DNA of 64,000 nt from an uncultured Candidatus Saccharibacteria bacterium (GTDB taxonomy: Bacteria; Patescibacteriota; Minisyncoccia; Phycocordibacterales; Phycocordibacteraceae). A model generated the notes under the pieces. The model was given only the letters and a program-made list of their open reading frames with translations. It was not told the origin of the DNA and did not search any database. A program made the translations under genes and the position numbers. Positions within the stretch are counted from its first letter, which is position 1. Every line of letters starts with the position of its first letter. Shown one piece after another: positions 9,027-17,845 of the stretch. Location of the stretch: the NCBI GenBank assembly GCA_964446735.1, contig CAYUQB010000001.1:199465-263464 (forward strand). Direction: 5' to 3'.

Positions 9027-9386
9027 TTACCGGCCGCGAGTCGTGTACGGAGCGGTTGGGTACGTTGGGACCGAAGGATTGAGGCTGAAGGTGCCAATGA
9101 GAATGTGGACCAGACCCCAGACAGAGACCATCACAAAGAAGCCAATAAGGCCCCAAAGCATGAGGGACTTGCCTGCTTCACGCTTCTCTTCATCATGTCC
9201 TCCCTGGATGAAGTACTGGAAGATACCCCAGATGAAGACGATGAAGGCGAGTGCGAAGACGATGGGCACTGCCACGTTATTAATAAGGTCGATCACGATA
9301 CGACCTGCATCATTGATGCTGTTGACCTGTGCGAACGCAAGCGCCGGAAGGGCGAGTGCGGCACCGATAAAGCCGAGTTTCTTCAT
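9027..9386 (-). CDS. T4SS-pilin-like (VirB2/TrbC-like) small membrane protein with signal peptide, paralog 2
   Basis: Signal peptide MKKLGFIGAALALPALAFAQ, then PIVFALAFIVFIWGIF..QGGHDEEKREAGKS..LMLWGLIGFFVMVSVWGLV. Confidence 0.6.
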   Translation of the reverse strand: MKKLGFIGAALALPALAFAQVNSINDAGRIVIDLINNVAVPIVFALAFIVFIWGIFQYFIQGGHDEEKREAGKSLMLWGLIGFFVMVSVWGLVHILIGTFSLNPSVPTYPTAPYTTRGR

Positions 9387-9481
9387 GTAATGGATAGATT
9401 ATGTAACCGCGAAGGTTCTTCTATAGGATAGCGCGACGAAAGGGTCAGTCAATCAAGCCTGTACTTTCGTGTGGACAAGGC

Positions 9482-10177
9482 TTATTCGCGACACACGCCC
9501 GTCCCGTCGGCAATGAGATCGCACTTTACTCCCACCGGGCACTGACGATCATCGTAGCAAGGGGTGTACGTCTGACTACCTCCTCCAGAACTGGACGCTG
9601 GTTGTCCCGTCTTCGGATCAATACATTCCGGTGTGCTATTGAAGCCGTAGCTGGCTACATAGACCGTTCCTGGCGGGCAGTTGGCGTCACTTGGTCCTGA
9701 ACCACTGCCTGACCCCGAACCGCTACCCGATCCACTCCCTGACGGCACAAACGTATTGTTGTTATTCGTATTACTTCCCCCCGTCGGTGCTCCGAATATT
9801 GGAAGCGGTGGTCGTGTATCTCGATTGAATCCAAGGGTGCCGACTAAGAGATTGATGATTCCCCAGACTGAGAACATGAGGAAAAATCCGATGAGACCGT
9901 AGAGCACCAACTTCTGACCTTCTTGGCGCTTCTCTTCATTCGTTGCCCCTGCAATGAAGGTGACGAAGACGCCCCAAATGAAGACGATGAAGGCGAGTGC
10001 GAAGACGATGGGCACGACATACCGATCGATGAAGTAGATGATCGTGAGCAAGAAGGTGCCCAACGTGTCTGCGCTTCTGGTATCGGGTTCGGCGGCATAC
10101 GCAAGAGGCGCAAACGTTAGGAAACCAAGAGTAAGGACAACGCTTGCGCGAGCGAAGAATGAAGTAAGTCGGTGCAT
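9482..10177 (-). CDS. T4SS-pilin-like domain fused to a (SG)n linker and a C-terminal 7-Cys module
   Basis: The start was moved to MHRLTSFF, which begins a signal peptide; the track ORF runs to 10213. The pilin hairpin PIVFALAFIVFIWGVF..TNEEKRQEGQK..LVLYGLIGFFLMFSVWGI is followed by SGSGSGSGSGSGSGSG and a Cys-rich tail. Confidence 0.55.
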   Translation of the reverse strand: MHRLTSFFARASVVLTLGFLTFAPLAYAAEPDTRSADTLGTFLLTIIYFIDRYVVPIVFALAFIVFIWGVFVTFIAGATNEEKRQEGQKLVLYGLIGFFLMFSVWGIINLLVGTLGFNRDTRPPLPIFGAPTGGSNTNNNNTFVPSGSGSGSGSGSGSGSGPSDANCPPGTVYVASYGFNSTPECIDPKTGQPASSSGGGSQTYTPCYDDRQCPVGVKCDLIADGTGVCRE

Positions 10178-10213
10178 ATGCCTAAAGCGTAGCAGGCAGT
10201 GGCTAGGCAGCAA

Positions 10214-10525
10214 CTAGCCTACTGGGATAAAGGAGAGGAGGAGCCGAACGATACCCCAGACCCCAAAGAGAACGATCATGCCAATCAAGCTCCAAAGCAC
10301 GAATGCCCTTCCTTTCTGTCGATTCTCCTCACCACCGGTAAAGAAATAGCGAAAGATGCCAAACAGAAAGAACAGGAAGGCGATGATATAGAGGAGAGGA
10401 ATAACTGCCCCATCCACAAACGCGACGATCCCATTGGGTCCATTTACGATCTGTTCGAAGGTCGGAGCAGCGTACGCCGGAAGGGCAATGAGTAACGTGA
10501 GAAATAGGAAAGCGAGACGTATCAT
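10214..10525 (-). CDS. T4SS-pilin-like (VirB2/TrbC-like) small membrane protein with signal peptide, paralog 4
   Basis: Signal peptide MIRLAFLFLTLLIALPAYA, then IPLLYIIAFLFFLFGIF..TGGEENRQKGRA..FVLWSLIGMIVLFGVWGIV. It overlaps the upstream gene by 4 nt (ATGA). Confidence 0.6.
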   Translation of the reverse strand: MIRLAFLFLTLLIALPAYAAPTFEQIVNGPNGIVAFVDGAVIPLLYIIAFLFFLFGIFRYFFTGGEENRQKGRAFVLWSLIGMIVLFGVWGIVRLLLSFIPVG

Positions 10526-11538
10526 AGGGTTTGGACCGTGGCGGCAATAACTTCACTGATCGCTTTAGCACCAAGAAGAATAAGTCCACCGATCACCGTC
10601 CACATAAGCGCGCTGCGCGCGGTCGACACTTTCTCGGGATTACCCTGCGCCGTCACAAAGAGGAATCCGACCCATACCAGCATAAACACGAGGAGAATTG
10701 CACCGAGCTGCACTACCGCATCAAGAATGGCGTTCAAGAGCTCAGGAAGCGAATCGAACTTGAGAGGATTCTGAAGCGTCCCACCTCCTCCACCCTGAGC
10801 ACCACCACTGGTAGCAGGGCCCTTACCTCCGTCCCCCAGGTTCTCATCACCACCCTTGCCACCGCCCCCAAGGCTTTCTGAAAGACCGAGCGCACTGAGT
10901 GTTGAGGAGCATACTGGTGTTGGCAGTGTGTAGGAATAGGTGGTCTTCGTAATCTTCGTACAGGAGGCAATGATCTTTGAGCTGCGGAGTGCCTTGATTT
11001 GCTCGGTGTATCCTGCCACCTTGGCCTTACATGCAGCTTCGGTGTCGTAAAGTTGTGCACCAACGAGGTAACATTCTTTCCCATCCGACTGCTTCTGCCA
11101 TCCTCCCCCCTCCAAGCTGTACTTATTGATCGCAGACGAGGAGAGCGTGCGGGTATAGGTGGCAGTGCCTGATGTGGTTTGAGTTGTCGCCGTACCTGAA
11201 GAAGAAAGCTTGAGTCCGTAGGTGCTGATCGATCCACTACATGCTGGGCCAGGCAATGTATATGTGTAGGAGGTCTTGGTGATTTGCCCACACTTATCTA
11301 TGAGCACGTTTTCCTTGTTGGCCTGTATTTTTGCAAGATACTCAGTACACGCAGTCTGCTCCTTAAATACATTTACGGAGAGGTTGTAGCACTTCGCCTG
11401 CTCGTTTAGGGTGCGGTACTCGACTGCGTACTGGTTCTGGTCCGCAATCTGGACGGTACGGGTGTAGATCTCCGCCTGTGCAGACGAAGGCACGAGCACG
11501 ACTGCTGCGAGAACGAGGAGTAGGGGAAGCGTACGCAT
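10522..11538 (-). CDS. Secreted tandem 4-Cys-module protein fused to a C-terminal T4SS-pilin-like hairpin, paralog 5
   Basis: Signal peptide MRTLPLLLVLAAVVLVPSSAQA. Two roughly 95-aa internal repeats follow (CYNLSV..CTEY..CGQITKTSYTYTLPGPACS and CYLVGA..CKAK..CTKITKTTYSYTLPTPVCS). Then comes a Gly-rich linker and LLVFMLVWVGFLFVTAQGNPEKVSTARSALMWTVIGGLILLGA. Confidence 0.6.
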   Translation of the reverse strand: MRTLPLLLVLAAVVLVPSSAQAEIYTRTVQIADQNQYAVEYRTLNEQAKCYNLSVNVFKEQTACTEYLAKIQANKENVLIDKCGQITKTSYTYTLPGPACSGSISTYGLKLSSSGTATTQTTSGTATYTRTLSSSAINKYSLEGGGWQKQSDGKECYLVGAQLYDTEAACKAKVAGYTEQIKALRSSKIIASCTKITKTTYSYTLPTPVCSSTLSALGLSESLGGGGKGGDENLGDGGKGPATSGGAQGGGGGTLQNPLKFDSLPELLNAILDAVVQLGAILLVFMLVWVGFLFVTAQGNPEKVSTARSALMWTVIGGLILLGAKAISEVIAATVQTL

Positions 11539-11541
11539 GGA

Positions 11542-12843
11542 TTACGGGAGTGCTGCCGAAAGTGATCCGTCAGCGTCGGTGATCGCGTCATGCACGGTCG
11601 CCCGCCCGCCGATGATGCTATGTATCATACCAGCGAAGATACGGTCGGTTACTGCCGGTGCTGGGGAGAGCCAGCCTTTGGCGATGAGTGCCTGAGAATT
11701 CACAATCGGCGCATAGGGATCGTCTGAACGGCTTGCAAGTGCGCTGCGAGCTGCGGGTGCGACACCAATCGCTCGCACGATGAATCCTGCGAGATTCTTC
11801 TCTGCAAGGGCCGCTGCGGTCTGGTATGCGCCCTCTGCGTTGTCACTTGCTTTAGGAATAGCGAACGCGTATACGACCCCGTACCCCACGCGCTCACTTG
11901 CCGTTTCCGGCTGAGGAACTGACGTCATGTCAAAGTCGAGATTTGGGTTTGCTGATGCAATGAGCGAACGCTCGGACGCGAACCCGATATACAGTGCCGA
12001 ATCCCCGGCAATGAAGCTCTGTCGTGCGTCGGTGATGGAACGGTTCCAGGTGTAGACAATTTTCGCGGGGTCAGCGAACTGGGTGTAGAAGCCGATTGCA
12101 GAATCTACCGTCGTGCCCCCAGAAGCGTTCTCGGCACCTTTTGAGAGCGTGGCGCGACTTCCTGACGGCGTATTCTCAACAATGGGATTCCCTGCTTGTA
12201 GGAGAAGCAGCGACACAATGGCACGTGCATTTGGAATATTGTCATAGGTACCAAGCGCAATCGCACTTTTCTCCACCACGCCAAAGGTGATCTTCTCGGT
12301 AAGTGACGGCGTCATACCGACCACTCCCTCCCACGTTTTAGGTGGCTGTGGAATGTTGGCACTGGCTAACCGTGATCGGTTGTAGAACAGTACCAATGGA
12401 TCAACGGCAATCGGTATGCCGTAGGTGCCGGAAGACGTCAGGAATAAGTAGGAGAGTGGGACGTAGGTATCGCGGAACGAACGCTCCGATAGTGTCGAGA
12501 ACGGAATGACCGACAACTTACTACGCTCGGTCACCAAGCGTTCTTGCGTGGTGATGATGAGATCAGGTCCTGCGCCTGATGCAATGGCTTCCGCGAGATC
12601 ACCATCGAAGTTCACCGGATCATGCTCCTGATAGATAAGTGCATTGAATTCCTGGCGCGTACGACGGAGCTCATCAAGTGCTGGCTGCACCGCACTATCC
12701 GGAAGCGTTCCCCAGATCACCACTTCGCCGATTGGTTTTGCTTGGCCGAATCCCTTGAAGAGCGCGAACGCGAGGATGCCCCCTAAGGCAGCGACGCCAA
12801 AGATCGAGATCACGATGATTTGGAACGGGCGCATGGTGGTCAT
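11542..12843 (-). CDS. Extracellular solute-binding protein (ABC transporter substrate-binding, family-1-like) with an N-terminal TM anchor
   Basis: 433 aa. An N-terminal TM helix is followed by a periplasmic-binding-protein-like fold (PDLIITTQERL..., YIGFASERSL). The family assignment is by overall pattern only. Confidence 0.5.
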   Translation of the reverse strand: MTTMRPFQIIVISIFGVAALGGILAFALFKGFGQAKPIGEVVIWGTLPDSAVQPALDELRRTRQEFNALIYQEHDPVNFDGDLAEAIASGAGPDLIITTQERLVTERSKLSVIPFSTLSERSFRDTYVPLSYLFLTSSGTYGIPIAVDPLVLFYNRSRLASANIPQPPKTWEGVVGMTPSLTEKITFGVVEKSAIALGTYDNIPNARAIVSLLLLQAGNPIVENTPSGSRATLSKGAENASGGTTVDSAIGFYTQFADPAKIVYTWNRSITDARQSFIAGDSALYIGFASERSLIASANPNLDFDMTSVPQPETASERVGYGVVYAFAIPKASDNAEGAYQTAAALAEKNLAGFIVRAIGVAPAARSALASRSDDPYAPIVNSQALIAKGWLSPAPAVTDRIFAGMIHSIIGGRATVHDAITDADGSLSAALP

Positions 12844-13370
12844 GGAAGGGTAAAGAGTATTGAGTAATGATGGGGGCCTCCGGCAAATGACTTCATCTTA
12901 TGAAACCCAGCTCCGATAAAAAGCTCCTCGGCCTCACGTTCAGGAACGACGAGTGATTCAGCCGGACCCATACCGCCATGGCTTCCGGTCCAATCGACGA
13001 TGAGCAGCTTACCGCCAGGACGCAGGATACGCTTCGCCTCTTCAACGGCTTCGACTTTGCTTTCAAGTTGAAACAGTACGTTTGCAAGTATAAGTGCATC
13101 GAGAATGTTTTCACGAAGCCGTGTACCACCAGGGCGCTCGAGATCACCCCAGACCGTCTCCACATTTCTAAGTCCCCGTGCATGCGCGGCATCACGAACA
13201 TGCTTCAAGACATCTTCCTGTACATCCATGGCATATACCTGACCGGTCGGTCCAACCACACTTGCGGCTGCGAGTGCGTAGTGGCCGGTACCGCTTCCCA
13301 GGTCTCCCACCTTCATACCGTCAAAGAGTCCCATCTGCAGCACGTTGGCCCACGGATCCGAGAAGTGCAT
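12840..13370 (-). CDS. Class I SAM-dependent methyltransferase
   Basis: Motif I is VGDLGSGTGHYALAAA, motif II is VYAMDV, and LLIVDW follows later. The first ATG at 13397 is also possible; no SD precedes either start. Confidence 0.7.
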   Translation of the reverse strand: MHFSDPWANVLQMGLFDGMKVGDLGSGTGHYALAAASVVGPTGQVYAMDVQEDVLKHVRDAAHARGLRNVETVWGDLERPGGTRLRENILDALILANVLFQLESKVEAVEEAKRILRPGGKLLIVDWTGSHGGMGPAESLVVPEREAEELFIGAGFHKMKSFAGGPHHYSILFTLP

Positions 13371-13480
13371 GTATAAAAAATAGCATGCGAGATGCATGCA
13401 TGAGATTGAATCAACAGAAATAGGAAAGGGCGCGCCTTGTGAGCGCGCCCCGACCGTCTTTGCTGTAGAAGACCCGAGGC

Positions 13481-13669
13481 TTACCAGGGCCTGGGCATGA
13501 TGGTGGTGTCGTTGTTGCCGGCGAGGTAGAACCGGCCGGCGGGCGACTTGCGCCAGTCGGCGGCGGCGGGCGAAACACCGAGCGGGCCTTGGTTGAAGAG
13601 GCCGGGACTGGCGTCCCGATCCCTCGGATCGGCCGGGCGGTTCTGATCGCGTTCGCGGTCGTGGATCAT
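13481..13669 (-). CDS. Hypothetical 62-aa Arg/Asp-rich protein in a GC-rich islet
   Basis: AGGAGAGAG SD 7 nt upstream of ATG (MIHDRERDQNRPADPRDRDASPGLF...). The hairpin gggcgcgcc-ttgtga-gcgcgcccc lies downstream. GC is about 65-68% by eye. Confidence 0.35.
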   Translation of the reverse strand: MIHDRERDQNRPADPRDRDASPGLFNQGPLGVSPAAADWRKSPAGRFYLAGNNDTTIMPRPW

Positions 13670-13691
13670 AGTCTCTCTCCTGGTTGCAGAT

Positions 13692-13934
13692 TCAGTCGTC
13701 GATCGAGTGCTGAGTCGCGGGTTCAACGAACCCCCAACTGTACACCCTGGTCACCGGATGGTAGCGCACCGGGACCTTCGGTGGGCGGTATCCCTTCTCG
13801 GGCGAGACGGGAACCGGGCGAGCCTTGTACCGCACGATGGTGTATCTCCAGCCATCGCTGCGGAGTTCGGCCTTCCACGCATCACTACTGGGGGCGCTCA
13901 TTTCGGACACCCCACGCGTTTTTGAGAGTGCCAC
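13692..13934 (-). CDS. Hypothetical 80-aa protein (GTG start) in a GC-rich islet
   Basis: AAGGAG lies 6 nt upstream of GTG. The sequence (V/M)ALSKTRGVSEMSAPSSDAWKAELRSDGWRYTIVRYKARPVPVSPEKGYRPPKVPVRYHPV has no recognisable domain. Confidence 0.4.
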   Translation of the reverse strand: MALSKTRGVSEMSAPSSDAWKAELRSDGWRYTIVRYKARPVPVSPEKGYRPPKVPVRYHPVTRVYSWGFVEPATQHSIDD

Positions 13935-14036
13935 GAGTGGCTCCTTTCTGTAATTGGGCCGGATGGGTCTTCAATTTCAAAGACGCTGCATCCGCAGTGG
14001 ATAGTAAACTCAAATACGCAAAATGTCAATAGCAGC

Positions 14037-16505
14037 CTAGAGAGCCACCATTGAGGCGATGGAATCACCTTCGCGCATCTTCATGATGCGAACACCCTGG
14101 GTTGCGCGCGAAAGGGAAGGAATCTCTGCAGCGGAGGTGCGAATCACCTGACCCTTCTTTGAAATGACTACGATCTCTTCTTCCTTATCCTCCTCGCCCA
14201 CCAAGACCTTGGCACCGATAATTTCCCCAGTCTTTGCGGTCACTTCGGCGGTCTTGATACCTGATCCTCCTCGGCCCTGAATCTTGTATTCAGTCAGTTC
14301 GGTCTTCTTGCCGTATCCCTTGTCCATGATGACGAGCAGCGTTGCGTGGGTTGCGACTGCCGGAACGACTTCCGCAGACACTACCTTATCGCCCTTCTTC
14401 ACGCTCATGCCCCGCACGCCTGCAGCAGTGCGTCCCATCGCGCGTACGTCCGCTTCGTCAAAACGAATGGATTGGCCTTTGGAGGTAACGATGGAAATGG
14501 AATCACCATCTCCCGCAAGATGCGCAGACACGAGACGGTCGCTTCCCTTGAGGTTGATAGCGATAATGCCGGAGCGACGCACGTCGGCAAAACTCTTCGC
14601 CTCCACCTTCTTCACCACACCTTCTTCGGTAACGAAGAACACACTCATCGCCTCCTGTGCGGCACCCTTGGGAACGGGAAGTACACTCGTTACCTTCTCA
14701 TCACCAGCGAGCGGCAAGAAGTTCATGATCGACTTACCTTTCGTGGCTCGACGTCCTTCGGGGATGTCGTACATTTTGGTCTGGTACGCCTTTCCCTTAT
14801 CCGTGAAAAAGAGGAGATCGGCATGGGCTGACGCAACGAGGAAGTGGGTGACCACATCTTCCTCCTTGGTGGACATGTCGATGACACCAACGCCACCACG
14901 CTTCTGCGCCTTATACTCATTTGGATTGGTTCGCTTCACATAGCCACCAGCAGTGAGCACCAGTACTGATTCTTCGTCGGGTACGAGGTCCTCTACGGAA
15001 ATATTCTTCACGCCACCCTTTACGATCTTGGTGCGACGCTCATCCCCGAACCGTTCTACGAGTGCGAGTAGCTCCTCTTTCACTACTTCGAAAATATTCT
15101 TCTGTGAGGAGAGGATCTTCTTGAGCTTCTTAATGAGTTCCTGCACCTCGGTAAGTTCGTCTTCGATCTTCTTGCGCTCAAGACCCGCGAGTGTCTGCAG
15201 GCGCATGGCAAGAATGGCTGCCGTCTGACGATCGGAGAAGCCGAACTTCTTCATGAGGTTCACGCTTGCGGTAGGTACGTCTTTAGACTTCTTAATGGTC
15301 TCGATGACTTCATCGATATGGTCGAGCGCCTTGGCAAGTCCAAGGAGAATATGCTCGCGCTCTTCTGCTTTGCGCAGATCGTATTCAGTACGGCGCTTCA
15401 CCACGACCTCGCGGTGCTTCACGAACTCATCGAGCATGCCCTTCAACGACAGCGTCTGTGGTACGCCATCGACGAGCGCCAGCATGTTGTAGTGGAAGGT
15501 GCTTTCAAGCTCGGTGTGCTTATAGAGCGCATTCAGGACATTCTGCGGATGCGCCGTTCCCTTAAGTTCCACCACCACACGAATATCGGCAGCAGACTCA
15601 TCGCGCAGGTCCTTGATGCCCTCGATCTTCTTGTCACGCACGAGTTCTGCGATGCGTGTGATGAGATCCGCCTTGTTGACACGAAACGGAATGGAGGTGA
15701 TGACGATCTGGGTTCCCTTCTTATCCTCAACAATGTCCGCTTCACCTCGCACCACCACACCACCCTTACCTTGCGTGTACGCATGCTTGATGTCGCTCTG
15801 ATTGAAGGCGATCGCACCGAGAGGGAAGTCGGGGCCTTTCACAAACTGGAGCAGGTCCTCGGTGGTTGCTTCGGGGTTCTCAATGAGATGCACACAGGCA
15901 TCCACCACCTCTTTCAGGTTATGCGGTGGAATATTGGTGGCCATACCGACCGCAATGCCGAGAGTACCGTTTAGGAGCAGATTAGGGAGCGCCGCAGGAA
16001 GAACTGACGGCTCCTGATGGGTTCCGTCATAGTTCGGGAGCCAGCGAACCGTATCTTTCTCAAGGTCATCGAGCAAGGATGCACCGATGCGCGAAAGCTT
16101 TGCCTCGGTGTAACGCATCGCGGCAGGAGGATCACCGTCGATTGAGCCGAAGTTTCCCTGTCCAAGTACGAGCGGATAGCGCGTGGCAAAATCCTGCGCG
16201 AGTTTAGTCATTGCATCATATACCGATGCATCACCATGCGGGTGGTATTTACCGAGCACATCACCCACCACAGCAGCTGATTTTTTGGTTTTCGCCGTAG
16301 GACCAAGACCAATCTCACCCATGGCATAGAGGATGCGGCGATGTACTGGCTTAAGGCCGTCACGCACATCAGGAAGTGCACGCGAGGTGATGACCGACAT
16401 CGCATAGTCGAGGTACGACGAGCGCATCTCGTTTACGATGGACTGATCAATGATTGAAATGCGCGGCTCCGGCGCAGATTCCGGTACTGCTGCCTTCTTT
16501 GCCAT
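14037..16505 (-). CDS. gyrA: DNA gyrase subunit A
   Basis: 822 aa. The active-site region [11 protein letters not shown] is present, as are the QRDR context [21 protein letters not shown] and the C-terminal β-pinwheel repeats. Confidence 0.95.
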   Translation of the reverse strand: MAKKAAVPESAPEPRISIIDQSIVNEMRSSYLDYAMSVITSRALPDVRDGLKPVHRRILYAMGEIGLGPTAKTKKSAAVVGDVLGKYHPHGDASVYDAMTKLAQDFATRYPLVLGQGNFGSIDGDPPAAMRYTEAKLSRIGASLLDDLEKDTVRWLPNYDGTHQEPSVLPAALPNLLLNGTLGIAVGMATNIPPHNLKEVVDACVHLIENPEATTEDLLQFVKGPDFPLGAIAFNQSDIKHAYTQGKGGVVVRGEADIVEDKKGTQIVITSIPFRVNKADLITRIAELVRDKKIEGIKDLRDESAADIRVVVELKGTAHPQNVLNALYKHTELESTFHYNMLALVDGVPQTLSLKGMLDEFVKHREVVVKRRTEYDLRKAEEREHILLGLAKALDHIDEVIETIKKSKDVPTASVNLMKKFGFSDRQTAAILAMRLQTLAGLERKKIEDELTEVQELIKKLKKILSSQKNIFEVVKEELLALVERFGDERRTKIVKGGVKNISVEDLVPDEESVLVLTAGGYVKRTNPNEYKAQKRGGVGVIDMSTKEEDVVTHFLVASAHADLLFFTDKGKAYQTKMYDIPEGRRATKGKSIMNFLPLAGDEKVTSVLPVPKGAAQEAMSVFFVTEEGVVKKVEAKSFADVRRSGIIAINLKGSDRLVSAHLAGDGDSISIVTSKGQSIRFDEADVRAMGRTAAGVRGMSVKKGDKVVSAEVVPAVATHATLLVIMDKGYGKKTELTEYKIQGRGGSGIKTAEVTAKTGEIIGAKVLVGEEDKEEEIVVISKKGQVIRTSAAEIPSLSRATQGVRIMKMREGDSIASMVAL

Positions 16506-16506
16506 A

Positions 16507-16860
16507 TTAGAAATGAATCACCGTTGCGTCGGCAGTATCCTGTCGCTCGTCGAACGTTGAGTGTACCTGTGTATCGACGATCGTGATGCTGGCGGGAGTG
16601 TTGGTTGCTCCTATAGCTGCACCTGCGGCTCCGAGAAGCTCGCTGAAGTTGTTCTTACCGGTTGCGACCGCCTGAGCGACTTCGGGGTCGGTAGGGGAAG
16701 CGGGCGAGAGCGCGAATGTGCCACTCTGAGCTGTGGCAACCAGCCATCCGAGCGCGACCACGAGGGTCACCCCACCGGATACGCCGATAGCAAGGTTTTC
16801 CCGCACGTGCTGGGGCTTTTGGCGGAGCGTATGGACGACTTCGTGGACGCGGGGTGCCAT
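16507..16860 (-). CDS. Hypothetical membrane-anchored protein
   Basis: 117 aa with one TM helix ([19 protein letters not shown]). The stop is 1 nt before the gyrA start, so it is operonic. Confidence 0.45.
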   Translation of the reverse strand: MAPRVHEVVHTLRQKPQHVRENLAIGVSGGVTLVVALGWLVATAQSGTFALSPASPTDPEVAQAVATGKNNFSELLGAAGAAIGATNTPASITIVDTQVHSTFDERQDTADATVIHF

Positions 16861-16863
16861 AGG

Positions 16864-17505
16864 TTATGGGGTTACCACTATTATAGCGCCGTCCTTGGCA
16901 GCTGCATCCTTTTTCTTCAGCGTCAGCTTATCAACCTTCTCCACCCCGTTACCCTCCTCCTTTAAATAGGTATCGAGTGCTTTGGGCTCGCCCATGCCGC
17001 TCCAGTGCATCGGGATGATGATGCGAGGCTCAAGTGTGACGGCGAGCTTCGCGGCCTTAGCTGGATCAAGTACCCCATCACCACCGACTGGCAGAAAAAG
17101 AATATCGATATCATCGATTGCTTCGCGCGCCTCCTGGGAAAGCATGGGGTCGTTCATGGCACCGAGGTGCACCAGGGTCATGCCTTCGAGCGTGACTGCG
17201 TACACCGTGTTCATCGCTTCTTCCTCTCCTTTGTTGAGTCCGTATTCGCTCTTGGTGAGGAATCCCTGAACCGTGACACCCGAATGTTCGTATTCGCCCG
17301 GCCCGGTAATGACAAAAGGCTCCGAGTTTCCAAAAGATACTTCCTCGATCCCGTTCATGTCAGGGTGGTTACGAGACACCAGGGCAATGTCGGCACCGAA
17401 ACGTACCGCAGGGAGTGTGCCTTTCTTTGAGATGGGATCGAAGACAAGTGTCAGGTCACCGAAGGTGACCTTAAAACACTGCCCGCCGTGGTGGGTAATC
17501 ACCAT
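16864..17505 (-). CDS. Metallo-β-lactamase-fold hydrolase (UPF0173-like)
   Basis: The start is at MVITHHGGQCFKV. The HxHxDH-type context THHGG...DPIS is present, with HLGAMN, ILFLPVGG and IPMHW further on. Confidence 0.65.
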   Translation of the reverse strand: MVITHHGGQCFKVTFGDLTLVFDPISKKGTLPAVRFGADIALVSRNHPDMNGIEEVSFGNSEPFVITGPGEYEHSGVTVQGFLTKSEYGLNKGEEEAMNTVYAVTLEGMTLVHLGAMNDPMLSQEAREAIDDIDILFLPVGGDGVLDPAKAAKLAVTLEPRIIIPMHWSGMGEPKALDTYLKEEGNGVEKVDKLTLKKKDAAAKDGAIIVVTP

Positions 17506-17635
17506 ATATAGGCAGATTATAGCATGAAAACAGTGCATCTAGAAGCCCTGGACGTTATGCACTCACTCCTCTAGCGCTCCTTCATGAAGATGGTATGGTG
17601 AGGCGGTCTGCGACTCCGCGAGGATGGTCAACGAC

Positions 17636-17845
17636 ATGAACCGCTGGGCTCCCGCCTGGCACAAACGAAGGAACGCTGTGATGCACAAGCATCGTCTCCA
17701 GGGCTTCTCGCCCCAGACCGTCGCTCTGACCACGGAAGCCATCGGCAAGTACGCGACCGGCGTCGCGGCGAAGAGCGCTTCCAACCTCAACAACCATTCC
17801 TACGGCTTCAACAGCGACCTGCTCGGCCACCTGGGCGCCGGCTGA
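17636..17845 (+). CDS. Hypothetical small protein in a GC-rich islet (low confidence)
   Basis: MNRWAPAWHKRRNAVMHKHRLQGFSPQTVALTTEAIGKYATGVAAKSASNLNNHSYGFNSDLLGHLGAG. GAGGA lies upstream. GC3 is high. Confidence 0.25.
   Translation: MNRWAPAWHKRRNAVMHKHRLQGFSPQTVALTTEAIGKYATGVAAKSASNLNNHSYGFNSDLLGHLGAG

Noticed and set aside
8651-9431. Plus-strand ORFs 8651-8974, 8847-9431 and 8953-9390
   Set aside because: They are antisense to the pilin-like genes. The minus-strand products have signal peptides and a consistent two-helix architecture.
13589-14032. 147-aa plus-strand ORF
   Set aside because: It overlaps two SD-led minus-strand ORFs. Its composition (Arg/Ser/Pro/Cys/Trp-rich) is typical of a wrong frame in GC-rich sequence.
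14284-16405. Multiple plus- and minus-strand ORFs inside gyrA (for example 14284-14943 and 15318-15974)
   Set aside because: They are antisense or off-frame relative to the 822-aa gyrA.
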